In this document: positions 1-12,464 of the stretch, piece by piece | Layout of the letters: every line of letters starts with the position of its first letter | How positions within the stretch are numbered: position 1 is the first letter of the stretch | Source of the DNA: Gordius albopunctatus | Lineage: Eukaryota | DNA length: 64,000 nt | NCBI GenBank assembly: GCA_964276515.1 | Contig: OZ193909.1 | Span: 4,030,001-4,094,000 of the forward strand | Reading direction: 5' to 3' | Position numbers and translations under genes: made by a program | The notes under the pieces: generated by a model | Seen by the model: only the letters and a program-made list of their open reading frames with translations | Database searches by the model: none | Told to the model about the DNA's origin: nothing

Positions 1-3000
1 TTTCTATTGCATTCGCCAGATTTGGGATCGCCTTTATGGCATTTGCATTCACCAGATTTTGAATCGCGTTCATAATGGCATTTGCATTCGGCAGATTTGG
101 AATTGCGTTCATGGCATTCGCAATCTATTAACGATTCAAAATTATTACTCCTTGCATTTAAAATTACAGAAGATGTGCAATTTGGTAAAAAAAATTTTAT
201 ATTAAATAAAAATATGGCTTTTTATTTATTGAAATTATATGAGAATAAATCTATGAAGTAGTCATTTTAAATAGGTAACTATGAGTTTAAGATGTAAAAA
301 TGGTAGAATTTAAAAATGAGGAGTAAATTGAATTATATATTTTACTACTGAAATCACAATAAAATTCTTCCCCCTAAATAAATATGCTGTAAAATTTAAA
401 TCAATGATTGAGAGGTGTACCTAGAGAACTCCTGAAATTACAACACAGAGAGTGTTAAAAAATTCATTTTTTAAATTAACTTATCACTGAAAATGAATTT
501 TTAAGGTAGGATGTTTTGATCATTTATTGCTTTAATCATTGAAAATTTGGTATTCAAAAATTTATTATAAAAAAATAAGTTGGTAATAGAGAGTAGTTAA
601 GGTGGAATTTATGATGGGCTAAGTCAGATTTTACTCAAATGGGGATGCAAAGAAGATGCTCATGATTAACTGAGATGCATACTGATGATATTTTTAAATT
701 CTAATCCTCATTTGGCTTAATATATAATAATATGTATTAACCATGAAATGCATAGCAATTAAAAGAGGGGGGATAGGCACCCCTAGACATGTCCATAATA
801 ATAAAATAGTTAAATAACACACGCGATATATATATAGGATAATGATTAAACATAATTTCATAACGTCAAGATGGATGAAACTTATTAAAACAAAGACTAA
901 ATCTTATATATAAAAATTATATATATATATATATATATATACTTGAACTGCAGTTGCTTCCATATTTGCCGATTGGGCATTCGCATTTGCCTTCCCAAGA
1001 GCATTTGTTTCCATTTTTCATATGCTTACAACTACAAACTAACAAATACATTAGAGGTGAATTTAAGATATGATTATTGAATTTTTCAATTTTGATATAA
1101 TTTAATAAGGGGACCCAGACCTTTTAAGTCATTTATTCTTATCTTAAACTTTAAATCTAGAAACTACAAATTTTTCATAAAAAAATTGATGAAAAAGTCA
1201 TTATATCTATTGAAGGAAATTTTGTTAAATTTCCAAACTGTAAGCTCCTAAAATGTCGGAGTTAAAATAAAAAATATTATAAACATGTGAAAATCATTCG
1301 AAATAATAATCGATAATCACATACATCTCAACCTGATGGTTTCCAATTTTCAAATATAATCTAATTTTTAGTTTAGATTAATCTTAGAATGATTATTAGC
1401 CAGCTATATAAGATACTGTGACGGGTAATATTAACAATGTTGTTATATTATATTCGTCCCTAGTAAAATGTAATAACAAAAAACGGAATTAATCATTAAA
1501 TTTGAGAATTTGATAAAGTCAGAAATTTTAGAATATATATATATATTTTTTTCTATGATTTAGTTATAGCTAAAAAAGATTTTTAAATATAAAATTGTAA
1601 TAAGGTTTCATATTTTAAATAACCTTGATTACTGCCTTCTAATTTTAAGATCGACTTTCTTTAAACCTCTTTTAACTCCTTATAGCATCTAGTTGCTTTG
1701 TTTTAAATGGATAGGAAGTGCGATAATTTTTAATGTTAAATTTATTAATATCTTGATTAGAGTCATAAATATATCTATCTTCAATACCCAAATATAAATC
1801 AATATAAGTTTTGAAATATTAACAGTGACTTGAATTTCTTACGTAAGTTATATATAAATTTTTAACTCACTTATAAATAATGTCATTTAATTATTATTTG
1901 CAATATTCTTCTTAAAACACCGCAAAAGTAAGATTTTGATATCACTTATAGTTCAATAGTTTCTATTTAAAACTCAAATAACTCATTATGAACGAGTTGC
2001 ACCAATTTCTATGGTGTTGTGACCTTTGTACACCTTCACAGTTATCACGAACAAGCCAAATTTATCTCAAAATTTTATGAAACAAATTAACGACTTTATT
2101 AACCCTCGAGAGCACTCCTGAAAATCACGAACGCGAGAGCATTCGTGGGGTATATTTGACCCCATTTTTTAACTTCTTATAACTTTTTAAGTATTTTTTT
2201 AAACCTTTCAAATTTTGAAAATGTGTTTATAAAGGTCTTAAGATTGATGGTATAAATTTTGATATGAATCTAATCAACATTACAAAACTTATTAACGATT
2301 TTCTTGACCCCCATTTTTATTTTGACTATTTTAGAGTTTTACCTCTTGACATCATATACCTTAAAATAAATCAAAATAAACGTGATTTTTTATTAAAAGA
2401 ATGTCCAAAATATATTAAAAACACAAATTGTAAAAGATATCATCAAACAAAAAAAATACATACATTTTTTCCAATAGAAAAAAACTTACGTGAGAGCATT
2501 CGTGGGGTACACAGTTTAAAAAGTAGTGGGCCAAAAGTTATGAAATTTTCCTAAAACTTAGTTCTTGGTAAAATATTAGGCTACTGAAAAGGCCAGATTA
2601 ATTCGTTTTTAAATGCATTTTATATTTGTGTTTGGACCCCACGAATGCTCTCGAGGGTTAATAGAGAATAATGTACCCGATTCACACAAACGACCATAAA
2701 ATCCATCTTTGCAAACGCAGTATCCATTATGAGTCCACAGTGTTTGACTCCGAACGCACTCTGTAATTGCCCCAAAAATACATTTCATTTTTATTTTTTC
2801 AAATCGTTGGCTTATGCCATAGTAAATAGGTTTAGAAGTTACTTACTTTCGTTGCAGAGTTGCCCAACAACGTAATCCTGACAAATGCACATTCCGATTG
2901 GATTCACCTTTTTAGATGGACATTTACTCACTAAATAAACAATGAAGTTTGTTGCATATGAGTCTAGCTCAGAATTTTATTATTATTACTATTATATAGA

Positions 3001-5199
3001 GAGCGTAGTAATAATGTCTTTCATATAGATAAATTTTAACGGTATTTTAATTAAATATGAACTAATTAATCTTAACCCCCTGCATTGAATTGGTTTTCTA
3101 TTCATACATGTGTTTCCTTGATTTATACAACATAGATGATTATCAAAATGTTTTAATTGTGGCATTTAAAAGCAAGTTAAGTCAGCTGCTTTTTACTTTA
3201 AATCTCTCATCTGATTAGATGTTGATCCTATATGATATAAAAATTTAGTTTGGGTGAAGGTCATATACAAATAAATTAGGTTTTGTTGCAAAGTCCATAT
3301 TTTGGTAAATGTAAAATAAATCATCCCTGACGCATATGTACAACTTATGAAAAATATGTATCAAACTTCAACGTGCGTTAGGACGACAGTTGGAGACTCT
3401 CAACCTTTTTAGGTTAAAATTGGATTACAAGAATGATCTGCTTTAAATCGTTTTTTATTCAATATAATTGTGGATGATAACTAGAGACATTTATAAGCCA
3501 TCTGCTGTATGCTATATGCCGATGATATATTACTATGCGAAGGGACAAAGGAGAAAGTATTCTAAGAAGCCAAAAAATGGTCAAAGCGCTCAGCGGAATA
3601 TGGTTTAAAGGTCAAAAATATAAAAACGGTGTACATGGAGATAAAGGTTATAGACACCACATCATTAGATGATTATATGAAGTACCCAAAAGTAGATAGG
3701 TTTGCATACCTTGACTCGATGCAACATTAGGAGAGAGATTACGCAACACACGTAAATGCCCGGATTCAAAAAAGATGGCTTAAATGGCGAAGTCTATCAC
3801 GTGTAATGTGCGACAAGAAAATTCCACTATGGTTGAAGAACAAAGCTTACAAATCCATCGTAAGATTGGGGTTACTTTACAGAGGCACTATACGTCACGG
3901 AAGAAAAGTTGGTACAGGCCATGGAGAAGAGAGTCATATGGTGGAGCCTTGGGTATACTAAGCTCGACCATATGTTTCTCAGGACGAAAATGGATATTCA
4001 ACTTATGACGGACTTAACGAAAAAAGATGGGCACATACTAAGAAGGAAGACGAGTGATGTATTCGAAAAGTACTGTATATGGGGGTATCGTGGAAAGGAG
4101 GAGGAGGACGCTCTTGTCTCATTGCAAGGACAAGTGGACAAAGTTATGAATAATAAGAATATTAACCAAGACATGGCCCTTACCAATTCAAGATAAAAGA
4201 AAACTGTCAAAACAAATCCGACGACAGTGAGATCAAATACTTGATAAAGAAGAAGAAAATTTTCTTAATTCTAAATTAATTTTTTGATAGCCAAATCATA
4301 AATAACATAACTGATAAATTGGAAATGAATATATTATGTGTCATAATTATTATAACCGTCTTGGCAATAGCCTCCGGAATAGTTATCATGGCATATGCAC
4401 CAACCATAAAAATCACATTCACCAAATGAGCCTTTCAAGTTACACGAACAATCTATTAATAAGCATGTGAAATATGCGTAAACAAAAGAATATATGTTTT
4501 TATAAATGTGTTTTATTGAAAGTATTTAACATTTTTTAACTGTCTATTTTATCAAAGTTATTATTAACGTTAAATTTTAGTTAATTTATATAGTATTAAG
4601 ATTATGAGGCATTATTTAGTGGAACTAGATTTGTAGTTTTAGGCTGTGAAGTGGGCTAATTTTCGAAACGTTTTAATATTATTTACTAACTAATGAAAGC
4701 CTTTTACTACTTCTAAATTTTTTAATTCAAAAAAGTTTATTTTAATCCTTTCTGATTTGTTTAAAAAGAATTGATTGTTTGATTCTGTTCTACAAACCTT
4801 AACCAACGAATATAGTTTAAATATCCAAATGAAAAACGATATTTGATTTTTCATATTGAGTTAGGTTCTAATCGAAATGTTATGACTTTTTTTAAACTTT
4901 TTCATTGATACTTTTAAAGGTGTTATTTTACTTTGTGAGCAATCAATTCCATAACTTCCTATAGGACACGCATTGAAATTGTCATTAAATTCTTCGTACG
5001 TTAGCGCAAAGTTGACTTTATATAGAACTAAATTTTAAAAAATTTTGGAATTTTAACAAAATATCAAAATATTGAATAGGTAATTTTTAATAATTTCCAA
5101 TGATTTAAATCGATATAATTATATTTAATATAAGTCAAATATATATTAAAGCTTACTCGCCAATATAAATAATAAATATTTATGCATAAAATTTTGCAT
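1..5199 (-). CDS. Secreted multi-EGF-like cysteine-rich protein, copy 1 (exons 5157-5199, 4932-5027, 4357-4452, 2847-2930, 2677-2760, 943-1038, <1-124; 3' end outside window)
   Basis: Manual splicing: all introns are GT-AG and phase 1. Exon 1+2 give a signal-peptide-like MQNFMHKYLLFILAILYKVNFA. Later exons each encode a module such as CxCxxG(Y/F)xGxxC. Confidence 0.85.
2103..2657. mobile_element. Non-autonomous piggyBac-like MITE in intron 5 of the EGF gene
   Basis: TTAA|CCCTCGAGAGCA...TGCTCTCGAGGG|TTAA: TTAA target duplication, CCC/GGG termini, internal repeats GAGAGCATTCGTGGGGT. Confidence 0.9.
3340..4258 (+). mobile_element. Degenerate 5'-truncated RTE-clade LINE in intron 3 of the EGF gene
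   Basis: Broken RT motifs (VKIGLQE*SALNRFLF, MLYADDI), an RTE-type C-terminal region (AMEKRVIWWSLGYTKLDH) and a 3' (GAA)n tail at ~4247-4258. Confidence 0.8.
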
Positions 5200-5233
5200 T
5201 ACGACTTTAATTTGTATAATTTTCAAATAATAT

Positions 5234-5690
5234 CTCAACTAATTAATTGTTATTATATATATTTGTACTTTAGCTCGTTTTACTCAACTAATTAATTATT
5301 ATTATTATTAATACTTCAGCTCGTTTTACTAAACTAATTAATTGTTACTATTAATATTTGTACTTCCGTTCGTTTTACTCAACTAATTAATTTTTACTAT
5401 TAAAATTTGTACTTTAGCTCGTTTTACTCAACTAATTAATTGTTATTATTAATATTTGTACTTTAGCTCGTTTTACTCAACTAATTAATTGTTACTATTA
5501 ATATTTGTACTTTAGCTCGTTTTACTCAACTAATTAATTGTTATTATTAATATTTGTACTTTAGCTCGTTTTACTCAACTAATTAATTGTTATTGTTAAT
5601 AGTTGTACTTTAGCTCGTTTTACTCAACTAATTAATTGTTATTATTAATATTTGTACTTCAGCTCGTTTTATTCAACTAATTAATTGTTA
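5234..5690. repeat. 49-bp AT-rich minisatellite (~9 units) immediately upstream of the EGF gene ATG
   Basis: Unit TTTGTACTTTAGCTCGTTTTACTCAACTAATTAATTGTTATTATTAATA; GTAC recurs at 5409, 5458 and 5507. Confidence 0.97.
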
Positions 5691-6120
5691 TATTAGAAAT
5701 TAGTAAATAAATTGCAGGTTAATGATTGTTGGCTTATAAATGACAATACACTAATCATTTATTAATTTCATTCTTTATACTTTATTAAATCATTTTTGCT
5801 ACCTATATATACATCAAATTATGACGATTAAAAAATAATTCATTTAAGCTATAAATAGACATCGTTTGGCCTTGCGCCTTATTGATTGTCATGGGAATGC
5901 CAATCTAATTGGAAATTTTATGCGTTTGAATTCAATCGGCATATATGTGGGAATCATAGGGATTCGTGACAGCATACATGTTCACATCGAACCTTGCCAT
6001 TCAAAATGCTGACTTCGAGTTTTTCATTAATATTTTAATGACACAGCCAATGCAATGCCTTTTTTGTATCGTATGTCGGCAAGAATTATCTAAATGAGAA
6101 ATGTTTTGCCAGTTCTACCA

Positions 6121-6198
6121 TATGTCTTTATTTTTGTATTTCGCTTATTAATGTAACTTTGTTTCTTGAAAATAAACTTTAACAAAAAAAAAAAAAAA
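6121..6198 (+). mobile_element. Severely 5'-truncated CRE-like insertion (3'UTR plus poly-A) inside the Helitron Walker A region
   Basis: GTCTTTATTTTTGTATTTCGCTTATTAATGTAACTTTGTTTCTTGAAAATAAACTTTAAC(A)15 closely matches the 3'UTR at ~15941-16008. Confidence 0.8.
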
Positions 6199-6831
6199 GA
6201 AACCCCTTGTCCTGACGAAACTATCAGCATAATGCGGTCGTAAATGGTTTTTTGTTCATGAGTTAGTGGTGGGACATTGCGAGTAACAATCGCTGCCATT
6301 TCTAAAGTATTATACTGCAGTTCAAGACTCATATCAGTGTTGAGTAAATCAGATGTACATTGATTTGGTTAACTCATACCAAAATGACTAATTTTAAAAA
6401 CATTCAGTCAACACTATAGCGAATAGTTGACGAATTTGTGTTCCTGTATAGTTTAATGCTGCTTCAGTAAGAATACTGTCCTGATAGTTGTCGTCTTCTA
6501 GCAAGCCTAATGTAGGGCATGCATCTTTATACGCTAGATACTGTTGTCCATTTACTTTACATATATCGTGAAATGACCATGAGCCGGTGCCATTAACCAA
6601 CAACAGTCGCAGTTGAAAGAACTAAGTCTGCATTGGATTCACTGTATATACACTATGTCGATGATTGATTAAAATATCCACATGGGCCATGATTATGTTT
6701 GTAGTAACAATATCAAACAATAATTTATCAGTACACGGATTTGGAATTTCTGCATAAATTAAACTATCAATGTCTTCAGGAGATATTTTGTCGATGAACT
6801 AAATCAAAATGTGAGCAAGTGCTAATCCTCG

Positions 6832-7240
6832 TGTTGTATATTGCCAATTAATTTATTGAAGTAACCTAATAAGTGGTGGGAATAAAATTTAATTTAATTA
6901 GTGGTGTGAATAAAAGGTTGAGAAACTATTTATCGTCTGTGGGAGATTCCTAATTAATGGTTTGTTTAAGGCACTAATTAGAAACAGGCGAATATGTTAA
7001 AGGCATTCCTCATGCAAATTGAGATGTGCAGTACATCAACCTGTCGTAAGGTTGAGGGCATCCCTAATGCAAATTGAGAAGTTCAGTACATCGACAGGGT
7101 TTAAATAGCTGTATTTTTATCCTGCAAATAATAATATTTTTTTTCTTACTTAGAACTCGGTTGTCCTGTTGCAACTATCTCAGAAAACCTACACCACCCC
7201 TAATCCAATACCTTCATTAGTCCTTCCACATCACCCAATA
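6832..7240 (+). mobile_element. Solo-LTR-like repeat inserted in the Helitron Rep motif
   Basis: Begins TGTTGTATATTGCCAA exactly where the Rep sequence is interrupted. Homologous in reverse orientation to 12465-12857. Right boundary uncertain and no target duplication identified. Confidence 0.5.
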
Positions 7241-8029
7241 TCACCTATTTTGCGCACTTATATTTTGACCGCGCACAAATAATTGATATCGTTTAACGCT
7301 TGCATTTAAATCCAAGATATTGTTGTCTTGACAATTTGATTAAATATCATTATAAGTTATAACTCGTATTCGTCCATTGGATTTCTTTGGTGAACAATAA
7401 ACTGATTATCAAGTTTTAAAGTACTCATTCGAATACATCCAGCAACGTGCGGGGCAAAATATTATTGCGGATATGTTAATAAATAGAATACTTTTAATAA
7501 ATAGAATACTTCAGCTCTTTTTTTATATGAAAGATTATTTAAATTGTTGCATTTTACAGTACTCCTGTATGACGTCATGAGGTTGCTTTTGATTGACATT
7601 TTATTAAACGTCAAAACGTATGTAACAAAATAACTTGAACGTCTTATCACTTAGTGGTTTAAAAAATAGTTTAAAACCAATTCTCAGACCTACCAAATAT
7701 TCGCAGAAATTTTTGTTGTTGTAGCCGCAACGTGCATTCACGCGATTAGCGAGTGCGCGTTCGCAGTCGCCACCACCCATAAAGTAAATTTGTAAAAATT
7801 TATAAGATTCTTTTGGCATCGGCAGCAATGAACCCCCTTTGTGAAAACCTTGCTTTTCATTTTAAACGTTGAATTAAATTGTTGACAGTTTTCAGCATTA
7901 TTCTCAACTATTTCTTTTGCTCCGAACGATGTCATTTGGAAGCATAAATCGAATGTCCGAATTGACTTGAGGAACAGACTAGAATCAGGATCCGTACCGA
8001 TAAGTAAACCGTGCAATGGTTACAATAAA

Positions 8030-9393
8030 TCATTCGTTTTGACATAAATAAATCTTTTTGCCTGTGATAAAATTCTAATACATATTAAATAGTCCTTTCG
8101 AAATCCCTATGCCCCTTGTGCTCCAGAAATATCTAATTAAACAAAAAGTATTGTTTTTTACAACATAGCCCTGTTACAAATAAATGCCCCTCATCAGGGA
8201 AGTTCGCTCCCCCAAACATAATACGTCCACCATCTACCTTAATATTGGATGATAACATTAATTTTAGCCCTTCTGGTACAGATATACCTAATCTAATACA
8301 TCATCAAACCTACTATACCACAAATGAAAAAAATGACATGACATGGAGCAGAGCCTTTTTATCTCAAGCATTCCCACCAACCATATCCAGAATTCCAAGG
8401 GGGGCCCTGGCGTGCATGCAACAGTTTTTAATAAAATTACTTAACAATATTATTTCTCTCCCTCCGAACCTATCCTATTGGAAGAAATTATTTAAATTCT
8501 CTTTTTACATTTGATATATTCCTCAAGACAAGGAAGCAATAATTACTCATAATAAACAGCCCTCCAGCATATAACATGGATAGAAAGGAATCCCAAATAT
8601 TAACCCCCAAACAAAAAGCGAAAAAAAACTCTAGAAAAATTCACTCATTCAACATCAAAAGCGCAATGAGATACCTCGAAGAAGACAATTCATTTTTGAG
8701 TCCTTCACAAAAATCATATGAAGAAATGGTTCTCAAACATCCCCAGAGTCTATCTTCTACTTACCTATCGCCCTCGCAACCTTCAGATATTGCTTTTAAG
8801 TCATCAGACATTCGAGATGCCATCTTATCTTTTCCCATGGATTCTGCAGGTGGTCTCGACGGCATAAAACCAATTTTTTTAAAATATCTTATAACAATTG
8901 ATAATAATAACTCCTCCATCTTACTAGACTTACTCACCAAATTTTGTAACCTTTTAGTCAATGAGAGTATACCTAAAGAAATAACGCCCATAGTCTTTGG
9001 AGCTAAGCTTTTAGCTATTAGGAAGGCCGACAATTCAGCCAGGCCTATCCCTATCGGCGGTGTCTTCCGAAGAATTATTTCTAAATTAATTTGCTCGGCG
9101 ATCAAACCAATATTGACCCCTACTTTAAAACCGCATCAACTAGGCTTCGGGGTCGAAGGAGGGTGCGAGATAGCTACCCATGCCGCAGGCTTAGCCCTGG
9201 AACACCTCGCTCTGGGTGACTCCTTTATAAAACTGGATTTTAAAAATGCTTTCAATAGCATTCGCCGCACTGCCTTCATTAATGGTTTTATCAAGCTATT
9301 TCCCCAATACACCAACTACATCATTTTAAGTTCCGGATGTCCTTCGATTTCGAAATTTGGAGAATTCTTCCTTGAATCCGCAGAAGGGATCCA
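8030..9393 (+). mobile_element. 5' half of a CRE-clade non-LTR retrotransposon (family A), 3'-truncated
   Basis: 5'UTR and coding sequence are homologous to the element at 60982-64000. RT motifs RPIPIGGVFRR, QLGFG and KLDFKNAFNSIRR are present; the match stops at ESAEGIQ. Confidence 0.92.
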
Positions 9394-10307
9394 AATAAAT
9401 ATATCGTTAATGGCAAAGTTAGTTAGAACTAGAAAGTAATTATTTAGAATACAAATTTGATTAAAATGTTTGTCATAAAATAAAATACGCATGCTCTCAT
9501 TTAAAGTTTACAATTATATGTTCTTGATCCTTTGATAATGCCACTTTTATTTTTGTTTTACGTTATAATATGTGCAACTAATTATCAATTCTTTAAATAA
9601 TATTATTATCATTAAAAATCACTCTCATTTTGTGGATTATAACGCTATATTCAATAATTAATTCAAATATTATAAATTTTCAAGTCTTTTACATTTTACA
9701 GACACGGTGAATTAGATAAAATGTTAAATTTGCTGGAACTATAAATTCAACTTTATATACATCAAAATTATTTATAGCTTATTTTTGATTTGCACTTTCC
9801 ATAGAAAATATTATCTGTATGAATTAGTTCATTATATTTATTTTGTCAATGAGATGTCGTGTCGTGCTAGATCTTTAAGGAGTTTGTGTATTTATGTTCT
9901 TAGAAAAATATAAAAAGTTTTCCATTTGGATTTTTTTATCACTTATTTAATATTTTTAACAAAACATAAGAAATTTTAATTTCGTATAAATTTTTTATAA
10001 AATAAGTCGAGACAAGTCGAGAATTCTCGTCGAGACGAGATTTTTCTAAACCGAGACGAGATCTTGTGAAAGGGTTTTGTTGAATTTATTATAAGAGGGA
10101 GATTATCCACTGTTTTAATGCATTTTTTGAAACAAAATTATTCTTCTCTATGACATTAAAATATTGCACCTTTAAAAATCAATGAGGCTATTTATCAAGT
10201 CTATGCTATTTACTTATACTTTAAGGATGTCGCTGATCTCTTTATTTAGATACTGACCCCATGAAAAATCATTCACGGATATTGAGATAATTTTTTTCAA
10301 GATCGAC

Positions 10308-11938
10308 ATGTTCATTACATTACTCTGCTTCGGTGAGTTTTTATTTTTTCATTCAAAAATTATTATGTTATAAATCTATTTAGCCTTAACACTCATAACT
10401 GTGAGTTTGAGTGCAGACGTTAATCCACAGGTCATTAGTAAGCATCAAAATAGCGTGTATCATCAATAAATATAACCAAAATTACGTATTTTCACCGTTT
10501 AACCTTAAAACTGCCATGTACATATACGCGGCGGGAACTAGAGATGAAACTTGCTACGCTGAACTAGGAAATTTTTTGCAGCAGTCTTTGACACACGAAT
10601 ACATTAGAAGGTAGTCAGGTTTTTTGAGCAAATATCAAGACTACAAAAACGATGCAACCGAAATTAAAATATTAAATGAGCTATTTGTCAATAATAGAAT
10701 GACTATAAATCCAAATTATGCTAACGCCGTAAAGAAAATATTTAGGGCCTTGGTGACCCCGACTAGTTACAATTCACCAGATCAAACTTTTAAAGCCATC
10801 AATGCTAAAGTAGCTCAGCCTACTCGTAACAGAATTCGGGATTTATTTTCCCCTAGAGATATTACAAGCAACACTCTTATAGCTTCTCTCAGCACTCTCT
10901 ATTTTAAAGGACTGTGGGAAGTTCCGTTCGATAAGAGCTAATTTTTTAAGCCCACTTTATATTTTCTAATTAATTTTTGAAGATGAACGACTCAGCAAAA
11001 TATTCATACAGAAGACGGTCGATATGTCTTAACACCCGTGATGAATATTGCTTAATTAGAGATCGAACAATATACAGACATGAGAGATTTGGCCAATTAT
11101 TTAATCTTGAATCACAAAGAGACCAAATTTAAAACGGTCCTAATTCTTCCCAATTCCAAATCAACGTTAAAAGCACTCAAATACAAACTTTTTATGGATC
11201 CTAATATATTAGTGAATGCACTCAAGAAAGCTTCCATCAAAATTCCTAACATCTCCATACCTCTGATTGATCGTAAAACAAACTTGCAGATAGTATCGAG
11301 GTTGTTTCCAATAATGGTAATTTAGGATTGATAAAATGGGAGGGTGGAAATGGGTTTACATATTTCGGTCGTCCAGCGACCATTATCAATAAAAAAAGGG
11401 TAAATTACAAGTGATGTGGATTACAAATAAGGAACGAAGGACGATTTGATAATGGTCGCTGGACGACCGAAATATCTAAACCCATTTCCACCCTCCCATT
11501 TTATCAATCATAAATTACCATTAGTGGAAACAAATTGGATACTACATAATGGATTGGTATTACATAATTTTATTAAACTTGCAGATGAACACGATATTGG
11601 CGAATTCTAATCTAAGTTGCATCTTTAAGTAACTATCGATATATATTTGGAGATGAATTTTATGTATAAATGTATATAACTGAACTTCCATTATGCATGT
11701 TTCCAGCCATAGTTTGAACAATATCGTCAAATCACGAGCCTTGTCGTTGGATAAAATGGTTCATAAAGTCAATTTTCAAATGAACGAAAAAGGAAGTAAA
11801 GGGGCAGCGGCCACTGGTGGAGCCCTCGAAGATAGAGCATTTGACAATATGTTTTTTAATAGACCGTTCTTGCATTTACTAATCGAAGTTGAGTCTGGAA
11901 ATGTTTTATTTCTGGGAAGATATTCAAGCCCAGATTAA
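10308..11938 (+). pseudogene. Serpin pseudogene, copy 1
   Basis: Signal peptide MFITLLCF|ALTLITVSLSA (intron 10333-10383). Serpin motifs NYVFSPFNL, LYFKGLWEVPF, hinge EKGSKGAAATG and FFNRPFL...LFLGR. Disabled by a frameshift near 10465, TAG at 10612, an apparent GT>CT donor near 10938, further stops and a MITE insertion. Confidence 0.9.
11291..11574. mobile_element. Foldback MITE inserted in a serpin exon
   Basis: ~98-bp inverted arms (11291-~11389 and ~11446-11544) flanked by a direct repeat AAACTTGCAGAT (11280-11291, 11575-11586). Removing the insert restores KTNLQMNTIL. Confidence 0.85.
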
Positions 11939-12464
11939 AGGCGATCGACCGAGACGCATTATGATGCATTTTTTTGAAATTTATAATCAAAAATATATGT
12001 AACACAAAATTAGTTTAGATGATTGCATACATTTAAATATTATAGAAATGTTCTGTTTATATATAAAGCTTAGCCATCATATGGGTTAACAAGTGAGGAA
12101 GAATTGAAAAAAACTTCTGGTGAGCCACAGTGAAAATCAAGATTAGCAAAGTAAAATCGTCGAAAAAAGACACACTTTTGAAAGTTTAAGGATTTTTACC
12201 ATTCTTTATAGGTGATTGAGAAGCATGCCTTTTGAAAATAAAAATCCCAGCGAATAAGATACTCGATATTATTATGGTAATTATAATCTTATTATTATAT
12301 TTAAATCATATTCAGTAATTTTGTAAGAAATTTTTATATATTTTTTATATGCGCACTTTCTATCCTTTATTTCCTACTATTAAAAATGTACAAAATGTGT
12401 AATAACAACTAATAACGATCAACCAATCGAATGATGATTTCTAGAAAATAAATGTAAGTATTAA

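Larger units (their letters stand above)
5855..8016 (-). mobile_element. Fragmented Helitron Rep/PIF1-helicase remnant
   Basis: Minus-strand pieces: SIRTFDLCFQMTSFGA (N-terminal region), RGLALAHILI...AEIP...HGPCG (Rep HUH region, ~6680-6831), GTGSWSFHDICKVNG...LGLLEDD, GRTGKTFLI (Walker A) and RIPMIP...FPIRLAFxMTINKAQGQT (helicase C-terminus). Many stops, deletions and insertions. Confidence 0.9.

Noticed and set aside
1985..2065. Possible extra exon in intron 5 of the EGF gene
   Set aside because: No EGF cysteine pattern and no convincing phase-1 splice pair.
2264..2554. 96-aa ORF as a gene
   Set aside because: Lies within an AT-rich MITE, shows no recognisable motif, and is frameshifted in copy 4.
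5234..5690. Repeat array as a CRISPR
   Set aside because: Contiguous 49-bp units without unique spacers, no cas genes, eukaryotic context.
7437..7465. CCAGCAACGTGCGGGG resembling a Helitron 3' hairpin
   Set aside because: No following CTAG, and it is on the opposite strand to the coding remnant.
5855..8016. Helitron rolling-circle replication as the cause of the 18.7 kb array
   Set aside because: The Helitron is heavily decayed, no 5'-TC or hairpin-CTAG terminus marks the unit junction, and the junction lies in the EGF gene exon 1/minisatellite.
8761..9105. 114-aa antisense ORF conserved with 62893-63237
   Set aside because: Best explained as the antisense shadow of the RT coding frame in closely related copies.
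10005..10068. CGAGAC-rich cluster, plus GC-rich patches at ~16385-16435 and ~17190-17310
   Set aside because: Probably DNA-transposon end remnants, but matching termini and target duplications could not be established.
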